Of a stretch of 64,000 nucleotides of DNA, positions 17,793 to 26,402 are shown in pieces (the first letter of the stretch is position 1; each line of letters begins with the position of its first letter). A program made the translations under genes and the position numbers. The notes beneath the pieces are model-generated. The model saw only the letters and a program-made list of their open reading frames with translations, did not search any database and was not told where the DNA came from. Where the stretch lies: the NCBI GenBank assembly GCA_944383895.1, contig CALWRH010000008.1:8426-72425 (forward strand), written 5' to 3'. The stretch comes from an uncultured Christensenellaceae bacterium (lineage in GTDB: Bacteria > Bacillota > Clostridia > Christensenellales > UBA3700).

Positions 17793-18842
17793 ATGGCATT
17801 TAAGATGACTTTCAGATGGTACGGCGAAAACGACAAAGTCACGCTCGACGACATCAGACAGATCCCGTGCGTTCAGGGTGTGGTATCGGCGATTTACGAT
17901 ACGCCTGTCGGCGAGGTCTGGTCCGAAGAGAGCATCGCTAGGCTTAAGAAGCTCGCAAACGACAAAGGACTGACGTTCGAAGTCGTAGAAAGCGTGCCCG
18001 TACACGAGGACATAAAGCTCGGCAACGAAAACGCTGCCAGACTTATCGAGAACTATAAAGAAAACGTAAGGCGTCTCGGCAAAGCGGGAGTAAAGTGCAT
18101 ATGCTACAACTTCATGCCTGTATTCGACTGGCTGAGAAGCAATCTTGCAAAAGAACTTCCCGACGGCTCCAACGCGCTCGCATACGATCACGAAACCGTG
18201 CTGGCGATGAACCCGCTCACGAGCGAGCTCTCTCTGCCCGGCTGGGACGCGAGCTATACGAGAGAAGGACTCAAAGAACTGCTCGAGCAGTATAAAGACA
18301 TCGACGACGAAAAACTCTGGCAGAACATGACGGTATTCCTCAAAGAGGTGATACCTGTCGCTGAGGAGAGCGGCGTCAAGATGGCTATACACCCCGACGA
18401 TCCGCCGTGGGGTATTTTCGGACTGCCGAGAGTTATAATCGACGAAAAGAATCTCAAGAGATTCTTGTCCATAGTCGACAGCCCCAGCAACGGCATTACG
18501 CTTTGCACGGGTTCGCTCGGAGTAAATCCGATGAACAACCTCGTATCCATGATAAAGACCTGCAAGGGAAGGATGCCTTTCGTTCACCTGCGCAACATCA
18601 AAATCACGGGCGACCACTGTTTCGAAGAGAGCGGACATCTCAGCGAAAAAGGCAGCCTCGATATGTACGAGATCATAAAGGCTCTGTACGACGGCGGTTT
18701 CGACGGTTACGTCCGTCCCGACCACGGCAGGATGATCTGGGGAGAAACGGGCAGAGCGGGTTACGGTCTGTACGACCGCGCGCTCGGTGCGATGTATCTC
18801 CAGGGCATAATCGAAGCGGTAGAAAAGGGCGCGAAGAAGTGA
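17793..18842 (+). CDS. uxuA: mannonate dehydratase
   Basis: MAFKMTFRWYGENDKVTLDDIRQIP is the typical UxuA N-terminus. SD GGAGGG upstream. Confidence 0.95.
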   Translation: MAFKMTFRWYGENDKVTLDDIRQIPCVQGVVSAIYDTPVGEVWSEESIARLKKLANDKGLTFEVVESVPVHEDIKLGNENAARLIENYKENVRRLGKAGVKCICYNFMPVFDWLRSNLAKELPDGSNALAYDHETVLAMNPLTSELSLPGWDASYTREGLKELLEQYKDIDDEKLWQNMTVFLKEVIPVAEESGVKMAIHPDDPPWGIFGLPRVIIDEKNLKRFLSIVDSPSNGITLCTGSLGVNPMNNLVSMIKTCKGRMPFVHLRNIKITGDHCFEESGHLSEKGSLDMYEIIKALYDGGFDGYVRPDHGRMIWGETGRAGYGLYDRALGAMYLQGIIEAVEKGAKK

Positions 18843-18906
18843 TCTTCGAGGCGGTTAATAAATAGGAAATACAATATATCAATATATAAGTATAAGGAGA
18901 TAGAAT

Positions 18907-19740
18907 ATGTCGGTCTATAAAGACAAAGTGGTAGTCATTACCGGTGCAGGCGGTATCCTGTGCAGCGAGATAGCGAAAGAATACGCAAAGTGCGGCGCTA
19001 AGATAGCCGTGCTCGACCTCAATCTCGACGCGGCTCAGAAAGTTGCGGACGAAATCGTAGCTGACGGCGGCATTGCAAAGGCTTATAAAGTAAACTGCCT
19101 CGAAAAAGAAAGCATGGAAGAGGCGAGAGTTGCGATAAACAAAGATCTCGGCAAATGCGACCTTCTCGTAAACGGAGCGGGCGGCAACAATCCCAAGGGC
19201 ACTACCACCAACGACTATTTCGATATGGCGGATGTAGAGAACCCCGACGTCAAGAGTTTCTTCGACCTTGACGGCAGCGGCGTGGATTTCGTCTTCAAAC
19301 TCAACTTCCTCGCAACTTTCCTGACCACTCAGGTATTTGCAAAGGATATGGTAGAAAGAGGCGGCAACATAATAAACATTTCCTCTATGAACGCTTTCAG
19401 ACCTCTTACGAGAATACCCGCATACAGCGGCGCTAAGGCTGCGGTAAGCAACTTTACGCAGTGGCTCGCGGTACACTTCGCAAAGGCAGGCATAAGAGTC
19501 AACGCGATAGCTCCCGGTTTCTTCGTGACCAATCAGAACAGAGCTCTTCTGTTCAACCCCGACGGAACTCCGTCTGCACGCGCAGAGAAGATCCTGAGAG
19601 GTACTCCGATGGGAAGATTCGGTGAGGCGAAAGAGCTTATGGGCACTATGCTCTGGCTCGCGGACGACGAAAAAGCAGGTTTCGTTACCGGTATAGTCGT
19701 TCCTATCGACGGCGGTTTCTCCGCTTATTCCGGAGTCTGA
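18907..19740 (+). CDS. SDR-family oxidoreductase, probably D-mannonate oxidoreductase (YjmF/UxuB-like)
   Basis: TGAGGILC Rossmann motif and the YSGAKAAV catalytic Tyr-Lys. The operon position completes the UxaC-UxuB-UxuA route. Substrate assignment is by context. Confidence 0.7.
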   Translation: MSVYKDKVVVITGAGGILCSEIAKEYAKCGAKIAVLDLNLDAAQKVADEIVADGGIAKAYKVNCLEKESMEEARVAINKDLGKCDLLVNGAGGNNPKGTTTNDYFDMADVENPDVKSFFDLDGSGVDFVFKLNFLATFLTTQVFAKDMVERGGNIINISSMNAFRPLTRIPAYSGAKAAVSNFTQWLAVHFAKAGIRVNAIAPGFFVTNQNRALLFNPDGTPSARAEKILRGTPMGRFGEAKELMGTMLWLADDEKAGFVTGIVVPIDGGFSAYSGV

Positions 19741-19760
19741 TCAAAGGCAGGTAAGGAATT

Positions 19761-21038
19761 ATGAGTACGGTTGCGGTTTTGGGGCTCGGTAACAGAGGCA
19801 AGAATTACGGCGGGCATCTCAACAAGCTCGAAGGCGTAAAGATAGTAAGCATCTGCGATAAATATCAGGCTAAGATAGACAATGTGAAAAAGGCGTGGAA
19901 CGTGCCCGACGACAAGTGCTTTACCGACGAAGACAAGTTCTTCGCGCAGGGCAAGATCGCCGACGTCATGGTCATTGCCACGCAGGACAGAGATCACTAC
20001 GGACACGCTATAAAGGCGCTCAATCTCGGATACAATCTGTTGCTTGAAAAACCCGTCAGCCCCGATATCAGAGAGTGCCTCGAAATAGAGAAACTTGCGA
20101 GAGAAAAGGGTCTGAAAGTTCTAGTGTGCCACGTTCTCCGTTATGCTAACTACTATCGCAGGATAAAGCAGATAATAGACAGCGGAGTGCTGGGAGAGAT
20201 CAAACTCATCAAGCACGACGAGCATATCTCCTGGTGGCATTTCTGCCACAGCTACGTCAGAGGCAACTGGCGCAGAGAAGAGGACACGACCCCTATGCTG
20301 CTTGCAAAATGCTGTCACGATATGGACCTTTTGTATTGGTTTGCGGGATCCAAGTGCAAGAGCCTGTCTTCTTACGGAGAACTGAGTTATTTCACCAAGG
20401 CTAACGCTCCCAAAGGCGCTACGGCGACCTGCTTTGACTGTCCGCATAAGGACAAGTGCATATTCGAGTGCGAATATCAGTATGTCGGCAGAGGCGGAAA
20501 ACACAACAAATTCCCGTGGGGAACGTATGCGTTCTGCACTACGGGCAAGAAAAAGGACGTCATCGAAGAGCTCAAAAACGGAGAAAGAGGTAAGCTCTGG
20601 TCGAGATGCGTATTCGGTTGCGACAACGACGTGGTCGATTGTCAGACGGTCAATATGGAGATGGAGAACGGCGTCAAAATAGTCATGACGGCAAACGCTT
20701 TCAACGAGAAAGACCACAGACATACCGAGATAAGAGGTACAAAAGGCGAACTCGTTGCGGACGACAGCGGCAGCGTCATAACTCTCAAGTTGTTCGACAA
20801 GAAACCCAAGAAGATAATAGTCAACATCATCCCCGTCATAAAAGGTCATTACGGCGGCGACCAGGGCATAACCAAAGCAACTGCGGATATGCTTGCGGGC
20901 AGACTCGATCCCAAAGGTCAGTATACATGGATAAAGGATACGATAGAGAGCCACCGCATAGTTACCGCGGCGGAGCTGTCCAGAAAGAACGGCGGACGCA
21001 AAGTCGACATGACGGAGATACCCGATATAGAAAAATAA
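19761..21038 (+). CDS. Gfo/Idh/MocA-family oxidoreductase with Cys-rich insertion
   Basis: N-terminal Rossmann VAVLGLGNRGKNYG and the EKP motif (LLLEKPVS). A ~70-residue insert carries CFDCPHKDKCIFEC and CVFGCDNDVVDC. Confidence 0.85.
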   Translation: MSTVAVLGLGNRGKNYGGHLNKLEGVKIVSICDKYQAKIDNVKKAWNVPDDKCFTDEDKFFAQGKIADVMVIATQDRDHYGHAIKALNLGYNLLLEKPVSPDIRECLEIEKLAREKGLKVLVCHVLRYANYYRRIKQIIDSGVLGEIKLIKHDEHISWWHFCHSYVRGNWRREEDTTPMLLAKCCHDMDLLYWFAGSKCKSLSSYGELSYFTKANAPKGATATCFDCPHKDKCIFECEYQYVGRGGKHNKFPWGTYAFCTTGKKKDVIEELKNGERGKLWSRCVFGCDNDVVDCQTVNMEMENGVKIVMTANAFNEKDHRHTEIRGTKGELVADDSGSVITLKLFDKKPKKIIVNIIPVIKGHYGGDQGITKATADMLAGRLDPKGQYTWIKDTIESHRIVTAAELSRKNGGRKVDMTEIPDIEK

Positions 21039-21039
21039 T

Positions 21040-21492
21040 ATGCTCACTTTGATTGACGGCAGGTTCGTACTTGAAAGAAAGGATCAGAGCACGCATTACA
21101 AAATACCCTTCAGCGTGCCGTGCGGCGTAAAAAAGTTACATATCACAGTCGCCTACGATCCAAAATACAACTACGACGAAGAATACGGACTTGCGCTTAT
21201 AAAAGAGAGCATGATGAAACAGGCGGGAGAACCGCTGATGTCGGAGGGAGAGATGCGTGCAAGACTTCCTCTCGACAATCACCTGTCCTTTTCTCTCGAT
21301 TCGCCTTGCGGGGCGGTCGGAACGGCGCACAGGGGCAATAACAGACAGAATTTCACTATAAGCGCGGACAATGCCGACGGCGGCTTTTATCCGTGCGAAA
21401 TAAAGAGCGGCGACTGGACGTTTATAATAAGCGTGACGTGTATAATAACGGATAACATAACGGTATCGCTCAAGATAGAGGCGGAGCAATGA
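21040..21492 (+). CDS. hypothetical protein (150 aa), coupled to the PHP gene
   Basis: Starts 2 nt after the upstream stop, and its own stop overlaps the next ATG (CAATGAG). No motif recognised. Confidence 0.6.
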   Translation: MLTLIDGRFVLERKDQSTHYKIPFSVPCGVKKLHITVAYDPKYNYDEEYGLALIKESMMKQAGEPLMSEGEMRARLPLDNHLSFSLDSPCGAVGTAHRGNNRQNFTISADNADGGFYPCEIKSGDWTFIISVTCIITDNITVSLKIEAEQ

Positions 21493-22454
21493 GATATTTC
21501 AGGTGCGAACTGCATACTCATACGACTTCGTCCGACGGAAAGATGACGCCAGAGGAGCTCGTTGACAGAGCAGTAGAGTGCGGATACGACGCTATCGCTT
21601 TGACCGATCACAACACTGTCGCAGGCGTAGAGCGAGCGGTAAAAGCAGGCGAAAGGCGCGGGCTTACCGTGCTGAAAGGCATAGAGTGGACTACCTTCTG
21701 GGGACACTTTACAGTCATAGGCGGAGGCAGCGACGTGCTTTGGAGAGATATAACTCCCGATAACGTCGACGCGATGATTGCAAGGGCGCAGAGTAAAGGC
21801 GACATAGTAACGATAGCTCATCCGAGGCGCATGGGATATCCGCTGTGTTCGGGATGCCATTGCGATTACGATATAGAAAAACTGACGGGCGCGGACAATT
21901 ACGAGATATGGTCGCACTACTATCCCAACGAGGGAGTTGCGGCGCGACAGCAGAAAGAGCAGTGGTATTCATTGCTTGAGAGAGGACTCAAAATAACTGC
22001 GGTCTACGGCTACGATTGGCACAACCGCGACGATTTGCCGCCGTCTTACGCATATACTTATGTCGGGACGGAAAGCAACAGGGCGCAGGACATAATCGAG
22101 GGTCTGAAACGCGGAGCGACTTACGTTACGATAGGCGTAAAAGTGGATTGCAAGGCGATTTCGGACGGCAAAGAATACTGTATCGGAAGCACGCTCGAGA
22201 GCGGAAAAAGCGCGGTCTTTACGCTCAGATGCGACAGAATAGAGGATTACCGCTCGGACAAACCCGAGAGGCTGACGAGAGTGGAATTTCATACCGCGGA
22301 AGGCGTTACCTGCCTGCCGATAGAGTTCGGCAAAAAGGTGCAGACAGAAATCACGCCCGCAAAATTCTGCGTGGTCGAGATATACGGAATAAGAAACAGA
22401 CAAGAGCAACTGCTCGCGGTAACGGGAGCGTTTTATACGGGAGGAAACAGATGA
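21489..22454 (+). CDS. PHP-domain metallo-phosphoesterase (CehA/McbA-like)
   Basis: CELHTHTTSSDG and IALTDHNT are PHP His/Asp metal motifs. 321 aa. Confidence 0.8.
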   Translation: MRYFRCELHTHTTSSDGKMTPEELVDRAVECGYDAIALTDHNTVAGVERAVKAGERRGLTVLKGIEWTTFWGHFTVIGGGSDVLWRDITPDNVDAMIARAQSKGDIVTIAHPRRMGYPLCSGCHCDYDIEKLTGADNYEIWSHYYPNEGVAARQQKEQWYSLLERGLKITAVYGYDWHNRDDLPPSYAYTYVGTESNRAQDIIEGLKRGATYVTIGVKVDCKAISDGKEYCIGSTLESGKSAVFTLRCDRIEDYRSDKPERLTRVEFHTAEGVTCLPIEFGKKVQTEITPAKFCVVEIYGIRNRQEQLLAVTGAFYTGGNR

Positions 22455-23104
22455 TCACGGCACACGGCGGCGCGCTGGGAACGGGGCGCAACTCAAAAAT
22501 CTACTTTGAGAACATAAGCACTTTCAAAGCAGACGCCATAGAAGTCGACGTGCACAGGCGCGGAGGCTTGCTGTATCTGAGTCATCTGCCCGCGCTTTTT
22601 ACATACAGAAAGAAGATAACTCTCGCACAGGCGTTCGCGTTTGCGAAAAAGAATAACGTCAAGATCAACTGCGATCTCAAGGGCAAAGGGCTTGTACCCG
22701 ACGTCATAAAGCTTGCTAAAGAGATGGAAGTAACCGATCTGCTGATATTCACGGGGTCTGTCAGACTTACCGACAGCGAAGTCCTTACCGAGGGCGAGGC
22801 GTGGGTAAACAGAATAAAAGGACTTCCGTACAAGGCGAAGAACGTCGCAAAGATAAAAAAGGCGCTCGACGATACGAAGAATCCGCATTTTGCAGGACTC
22901 AATATCAACAAAATGTATGCGAGCGACGCCTTTCTCGCAGAGTGCAGAAAGTACGGCGTAAAGCTGTCCATATTCACGGTAGACAGCTATAAAGAATTAA
23001 AAAGGCTGGTTCCTATGGAACCTGCCAACATAACGACAAACTATCCCGTCGTGGCGTCTACGATAAGGTTCGAAACGTTGCAGGCGGAAAAGGAGAAGAA
23101 ATGA
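22451..23104 (+). CDS. glycerophosphodiester phosphodiesterase (GDPD) family protein
   Basis: MITAHGGALGTGRN...ADAIEVDVH matches the GDPD N-terminal catalytic pattern. The ATG overlaps the PHP stop (ATGA). The track's 22016 start is an extension. Confidence 0.8.
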   Translation: MITAHGGALGTGRNSKIYFENISTFKADAIEVDVHRRGGLLYLSHLPALFTYRKKITLAQAFAFAKKNNVKINCDLKGKGLVPDVIKLAKEMEVTDLLIFTGSVRLTDSEVLTEGEAWVNRIKGLPYKAKNVAKIKKALDDTKNPHFAGLNINKMYASDAFLAECRKYGVKLSIFTVDSYKELKRLVPMEPANITTNYPVVASTIRFETLQAEKEKK

Positions 23105-24243
23105 TCAGGGTTGCGATAGTCGGCATAGGCAGGATGGGCGGAAGACATGCGTCCAATTTCTGCAAAGGCGCCGTAAAAAACGCAAAGCTCGCCGCAGTCT
23201 GCGATATCGACGAAAAGGTGCTTTCCGCATTTAAGAACAGACATGCGGGAGTCGCGACGTACACCGATTTCGATAAAATGCTCGAAGAGGTAAAGCCGGA
23301 CGCAGTGATAGTCGCAACGCCGCATTATTCTCACGTCGGGCTTGCCGTAAAAGCGATTGAAAAGAATATAAGCGTACTCGTGGAAAAGCCGATCTCCGTC
23401 ACCGTCAAGGAGGCAGAAAAACTCGTAGAAGTCGCAAAGGCTCACAAAGATGCGGTTTTTGCGATAATGTACAATCAGCGCAGCAACAGCATTTACGCGA
23501 GGGCGAAAAAGATCATAGAGAGCGGTAAACTCGGCGATCTTCAGAGAGCGTCGTTTACCGTAACGGATTGGTACAGGACGCAGTATTACTATAATATGGG
23601 CGGCTGGAGAGCAAGCTGGTCGGGAGAGGGCGGAGGTACGCTCATCAACCAGTGCGTGCATCAGCTCGACATACTGCAATGGCTGCTCGGTATGCCCGAA
23701 AAGATAGTTGCGAGATGCAAGACGTCGGGCAGGAACATATCGACGGAAAACGACGTGACCGCATTGTTTTCTTATAAGAATTACGATTGCGTGTTTACAG
23801 CGTCCACTCACGAATTGCCGGGAGAGAACCGTTTTGTCATAGTCGGCTCGAAAGGAACTCTCGTTATAACGAGGCATATGGCGGTATGCAAGTACCTTAA
23901 GATGGACGAAAAAGAAGTCAACGCGAGGGCAAAGCGCGATTACGGCAACAGAGCGGATAAAAAATATACGACAAAGCGCATGTTTTACGGGCTCGGCAAC
24001 TATATAACGGACGCACTTTACGGGCAGCAATGCAACATACTTCGCGGCTTTGCCGCCGCAGTTGAGAAAAAGGACGCGTCGCTGCTCAGAGCACGCGGAG
24101 AAGAGGGACTGAACGCGCTGAACATCATAAACGCAATAAATATGTCGGCGTGGAAAGGGGAAGGCGTAGACGTACCCGTCGATCCCGATGAATACGAAAA
24201 AATGCTTTCAGAAAAAATAGAGAGCGAGAAAAAGATAAAGTAA
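23101..24243 (+). CDS. Gfo/Idh/MocA-family oxidoreductase
   Basis: MIRVAIVGIGRMGGRH Rossmann, VLVEKP, WYRTQYYYNMGGWRASWSGEGGGTLINQCVHQLD. Paralogous to 25217..26380. Confidence 0.85.
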   Translation: MIRVAIVGIGRMGGRHASNFCKGAVKNAKLAAVCDIDEKVLSAFKNRHAGVATYTDFDKMLEEVKPDAVIVATPHYSHVGLAVKAIEKNISVLVEKPISVTVKEAEKLVEVAKAHKDAVFAIMYNQRSNSIYARAKKIIESGKLGDLQRASFTVTDWYRTQYYYNMGGWRASWSGEGGGTLINQCVHQLDILQWLLGMPEKIVARCKTSGRNISTENDVTALFSYKNYDCVFTASTHELPGENRFVIVGSKGTLVITRHMAVCKYLKMDEKEVNARAKRDYGNRADKKYTTKRMFYGLGNYITDALYGQQCNILRGFAAAVEKKDASLLRARGEEGLNALNIINAINMSAWKGEGVDVPVDPDEYEKMLSEKIESEKKIK

Positions 24244-24269
24244 ATGCCGTTGAGGAGGATATAAAATTT

Positions 24270-25217
24270 ATGGCAAACATCAAGATTTCAGGTTTTTACG
24301 ACGAAGTCAGTTCTAATCTGGACGAACAGATCAAGTTGATCAAAGAATTCGGCGAAAGCTATCTCTGTCCGAGAGTGGTGGACGGCAAGAATATCGCCAA
24401 CTATACTGCTCAGGAGTTTCAGAGCGTAATCAAGCCGCGTCTTGACAACGCAGGCATAAAATTCTCCTCTATAGGTTCGCCTATAGGCAAGATCGGACTT
24501 TACGATGACGAGGCATACGAGGCGCAGCTCGCAAAACTCAAAGAGCTCGTCAAAATATGCAAGTATATGGACTGCAAATACATAAGGATGTTCTCTTTCA
24601 GAGTAAAGGCAAACGGAGATTACAAGGCGTATTTCCCCGAAGTCGTCAAGAAACTTCGCGGGTTCCTCAAAGTGGTCGAGGGTACGGACGTTATTCTTCT
24701 GCACGAGAACGAAAAGAGAATTTACGGCGACACTCCCGAGAGATGTCTCGAGCTTTACAAGGAGATCAACCATCCTCAGTTCCAGCTCGCTTTCGACGCG
24801 TCCAACTTTATACAGTGCGGAGTGAACGTTCCGAAAGCTTACGAAATGCTCAAAGATTACGTCGTTTACTATCATATCAAGGATTGCTCTCCCGAAAAGG
24901 TGGAAGTCCCCGTAGGACTCGGCCTCGGCAACTACAAAGAGATGATAAAAGATCTTATAGTAAACCGCAAGTACGACGGCTTTATGACGCTTGAGCCTCA
25001 CACAGGCAAATACGCAGATCACAAAAAGCTGTTCTATATCTTCGGTTGGTTTACCTGGATGCTGCCTTACGTCGGCAAATGGAACAAGGTCTTCAAGCGT
25101 ATCAATGCGGCAAAGGGCATAGCTCCCATGCAGACGGTCACGAGAAAGGACATCTTCACCTGGCAGTATCAGGGACTCAAAGAAATAATCGACGAAGTCG
25201 AAAAGGAGAATAAATAA
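24270..25217 (+). CDS. xylose-isomerase-like TIM-barrel protein (sugar phosphate isomerase/epimerase family)
   Basis: 315 aa. The pattern YIRMFSF...ILLHENE...AFDASNF...HIKD...TLEPH is typical of AP-endonuclease-2/xylose-isomerase-like barrels. Confidence 0.8.
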   Translation: MANIKISGFYDEVSSNLDEQIKLIKEFGESYLCPRVVDGKNIANYTAQEFQSVIKPRLDNAGIKFSSIGSPIGKIGLYDDEAYEAQLAKLKELVKICKYMDCKYIRMFSFRVKANGDYKAYFPEVVKKLRGFLKVVEGTDVILLHENEKRIYGDTPERCLELYKEINHPQFQLAFDASNFIQCGVNVPKAYEMLKDYVVYYHIKDCSPEKVEVPVGLGLGNYKEMIKDLIVNRKYDGFMTLEPHTGKYADHKKLFYIFGWFTWMLPYVGKWNKVFKRINAAKGIAPMQTVTRKDIFTWQYQGLKEIIDEVEKENK

Positions 25218-26380
25218 TGAATAAGGTCAGATACGGTATTGTCGGCATTGGCAAACAGGGCAGCAATTACGCAAAAAGACTTTTCAAGGGCATGGACAAG
25301 AACGGTCAGATCGCCGCTGTATGCGATATAGCGGAAGACCGCAGAAAGTGGGCTGAAACCGCGCTTCCCGGCGTAAAAGTCTTCAGCGATTATAAAGAAA
25401 TGTTTGCCAGCAAACTTATCGATGCGGTCATCATAGACACTCCTCACTACGCGCATCCGACGATCGCGATCGACGCGCTCAAGGCAGGACTTCACGTTCT
25501 CAGCGACAAGCCCGCAGGCGTGTTTACAAAGGCTGTAAGAGAGGCGGCGGAATTCGGCAAGACGAAACCCGAGCTCAAGTTCGGACTCCTGTACAACCAG
25601 CGCACGAACAAGGTATATAAAAAGGCTAAAGAGATCATCGAGTCGGGAAGACTCGGCAACCTCAAGCGCATCGTCTGGATAATCACCAACTGGTACCGTC
25701 CGCAGGCGTACTACGATCAGGGCGGATGGAGAGGCACCTGGGCAGGAGAAGGCGGCGGCGTACTTATCAACCAGGATCCGCATCAGCTCGACCTGTTCAC
25801 ATGGCTTGCAGGCACTCCTATCAAAAAGGTTTGGAGCAACGCTAAGACAGTCGGCAGAAAGATCAACGTAGAAAACGACGTTACCGCCGTATGCGAATTC
25901 GAAAACGGCGCAACGGGCGTATTCATCACGTCCACTCACGACGCTCCCGGCACCAACAGACTCGAGATCACCGGCGACGGAGGCAAGATAGTCATCGAGG
26001 GCAACAACGACGTCAGCATGAAACTCAGGTTTACCGAAAACAGCGTGCCAGAACCCGAATTTTCCAAGACTAACAAAGTGTTCATGGGCAAGATCCCCAA
26101 CAAGGTATCCAAATACAAGCTGGGTCTTGTCGATATAATAAAGGGTATAATCGAGCAGCAGCACATAGTCGTTATCCGCAACTTCTCAGAAGTCGTTCTC
26201 GGCAAGACGGACAAGCTCGTGGCTCCGTACAGCGACGGACTCAACGGTCTCGGATTCTCCAACGCTATACATCTTTCCGCATGGACGGGCAAAGAGGTCG
26301 TATATCCGCTCGACGAGGATCTCTATATCAAAGAGCTCGACAAGAGGATAGAAGAAGAGAAAAAGTCCAGCGTAAAGTAA
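25217..26380 (+). CDS. Gfo/Idh/MocA-family oxidoreductase
   Basis: VRYGIVGIGKQGSNY, VLSDKP, WYRPQAYYDQGGWRGTWAGEGGGVLINQDPHQLD. The start overlaps the upstream stop. Confidence 0.85.
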   Translation: MNKVRYGIVGIGKQGSNYAKRLFKGMDKNGQIAAVCDIAEDRRKWAETALPGVKVFSDYKEMFASKLIDAVIIDTPHYAHPTIAIDALKAGLHVLSDKPAGVFTKAVREAAEFGKTKPELKFGLLYNQRTNKVYKKAKEIIESGRLGNLKRIVWIITNWYRPQAYYDQGGWRGTWAGEGGGVLINQDPHQLDLFTWLAGTPIKKVWSNAKTVGRKINVENDVTAVCEFENGATGVFITSTHDAPGTNRLEITGDGGKIVIEGNNDVSMKLRFTENSVPEPEFSKTNKVFMGKIPNKVSKYKLGLVDIIKGIIEQQHIVVIRNFSEVVLGKTDKLVAPYSDGLNGLGFSNAIHLSAWTGKEVVYPLDEDLYIKELDKRIEEEKKSSVK

Positions 26381-26402
26381 GGCGAGGGATAAGGAGAAAA
26401 AT

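Noticed and set aside
16375-17799. 474-aa minus-strand ORF
   Set aside because: It is a codon-aligned antisense shadow of uxaC, which carries unmistakable motifs. The same reasoning applies to 17760-18725, 20121-21047, 23041-24030, 25169-26164, 26328-27509, 32362-33747, 33942-34949, 38199-39434, 39659-41056, 53682-54674 and 54981-56006.
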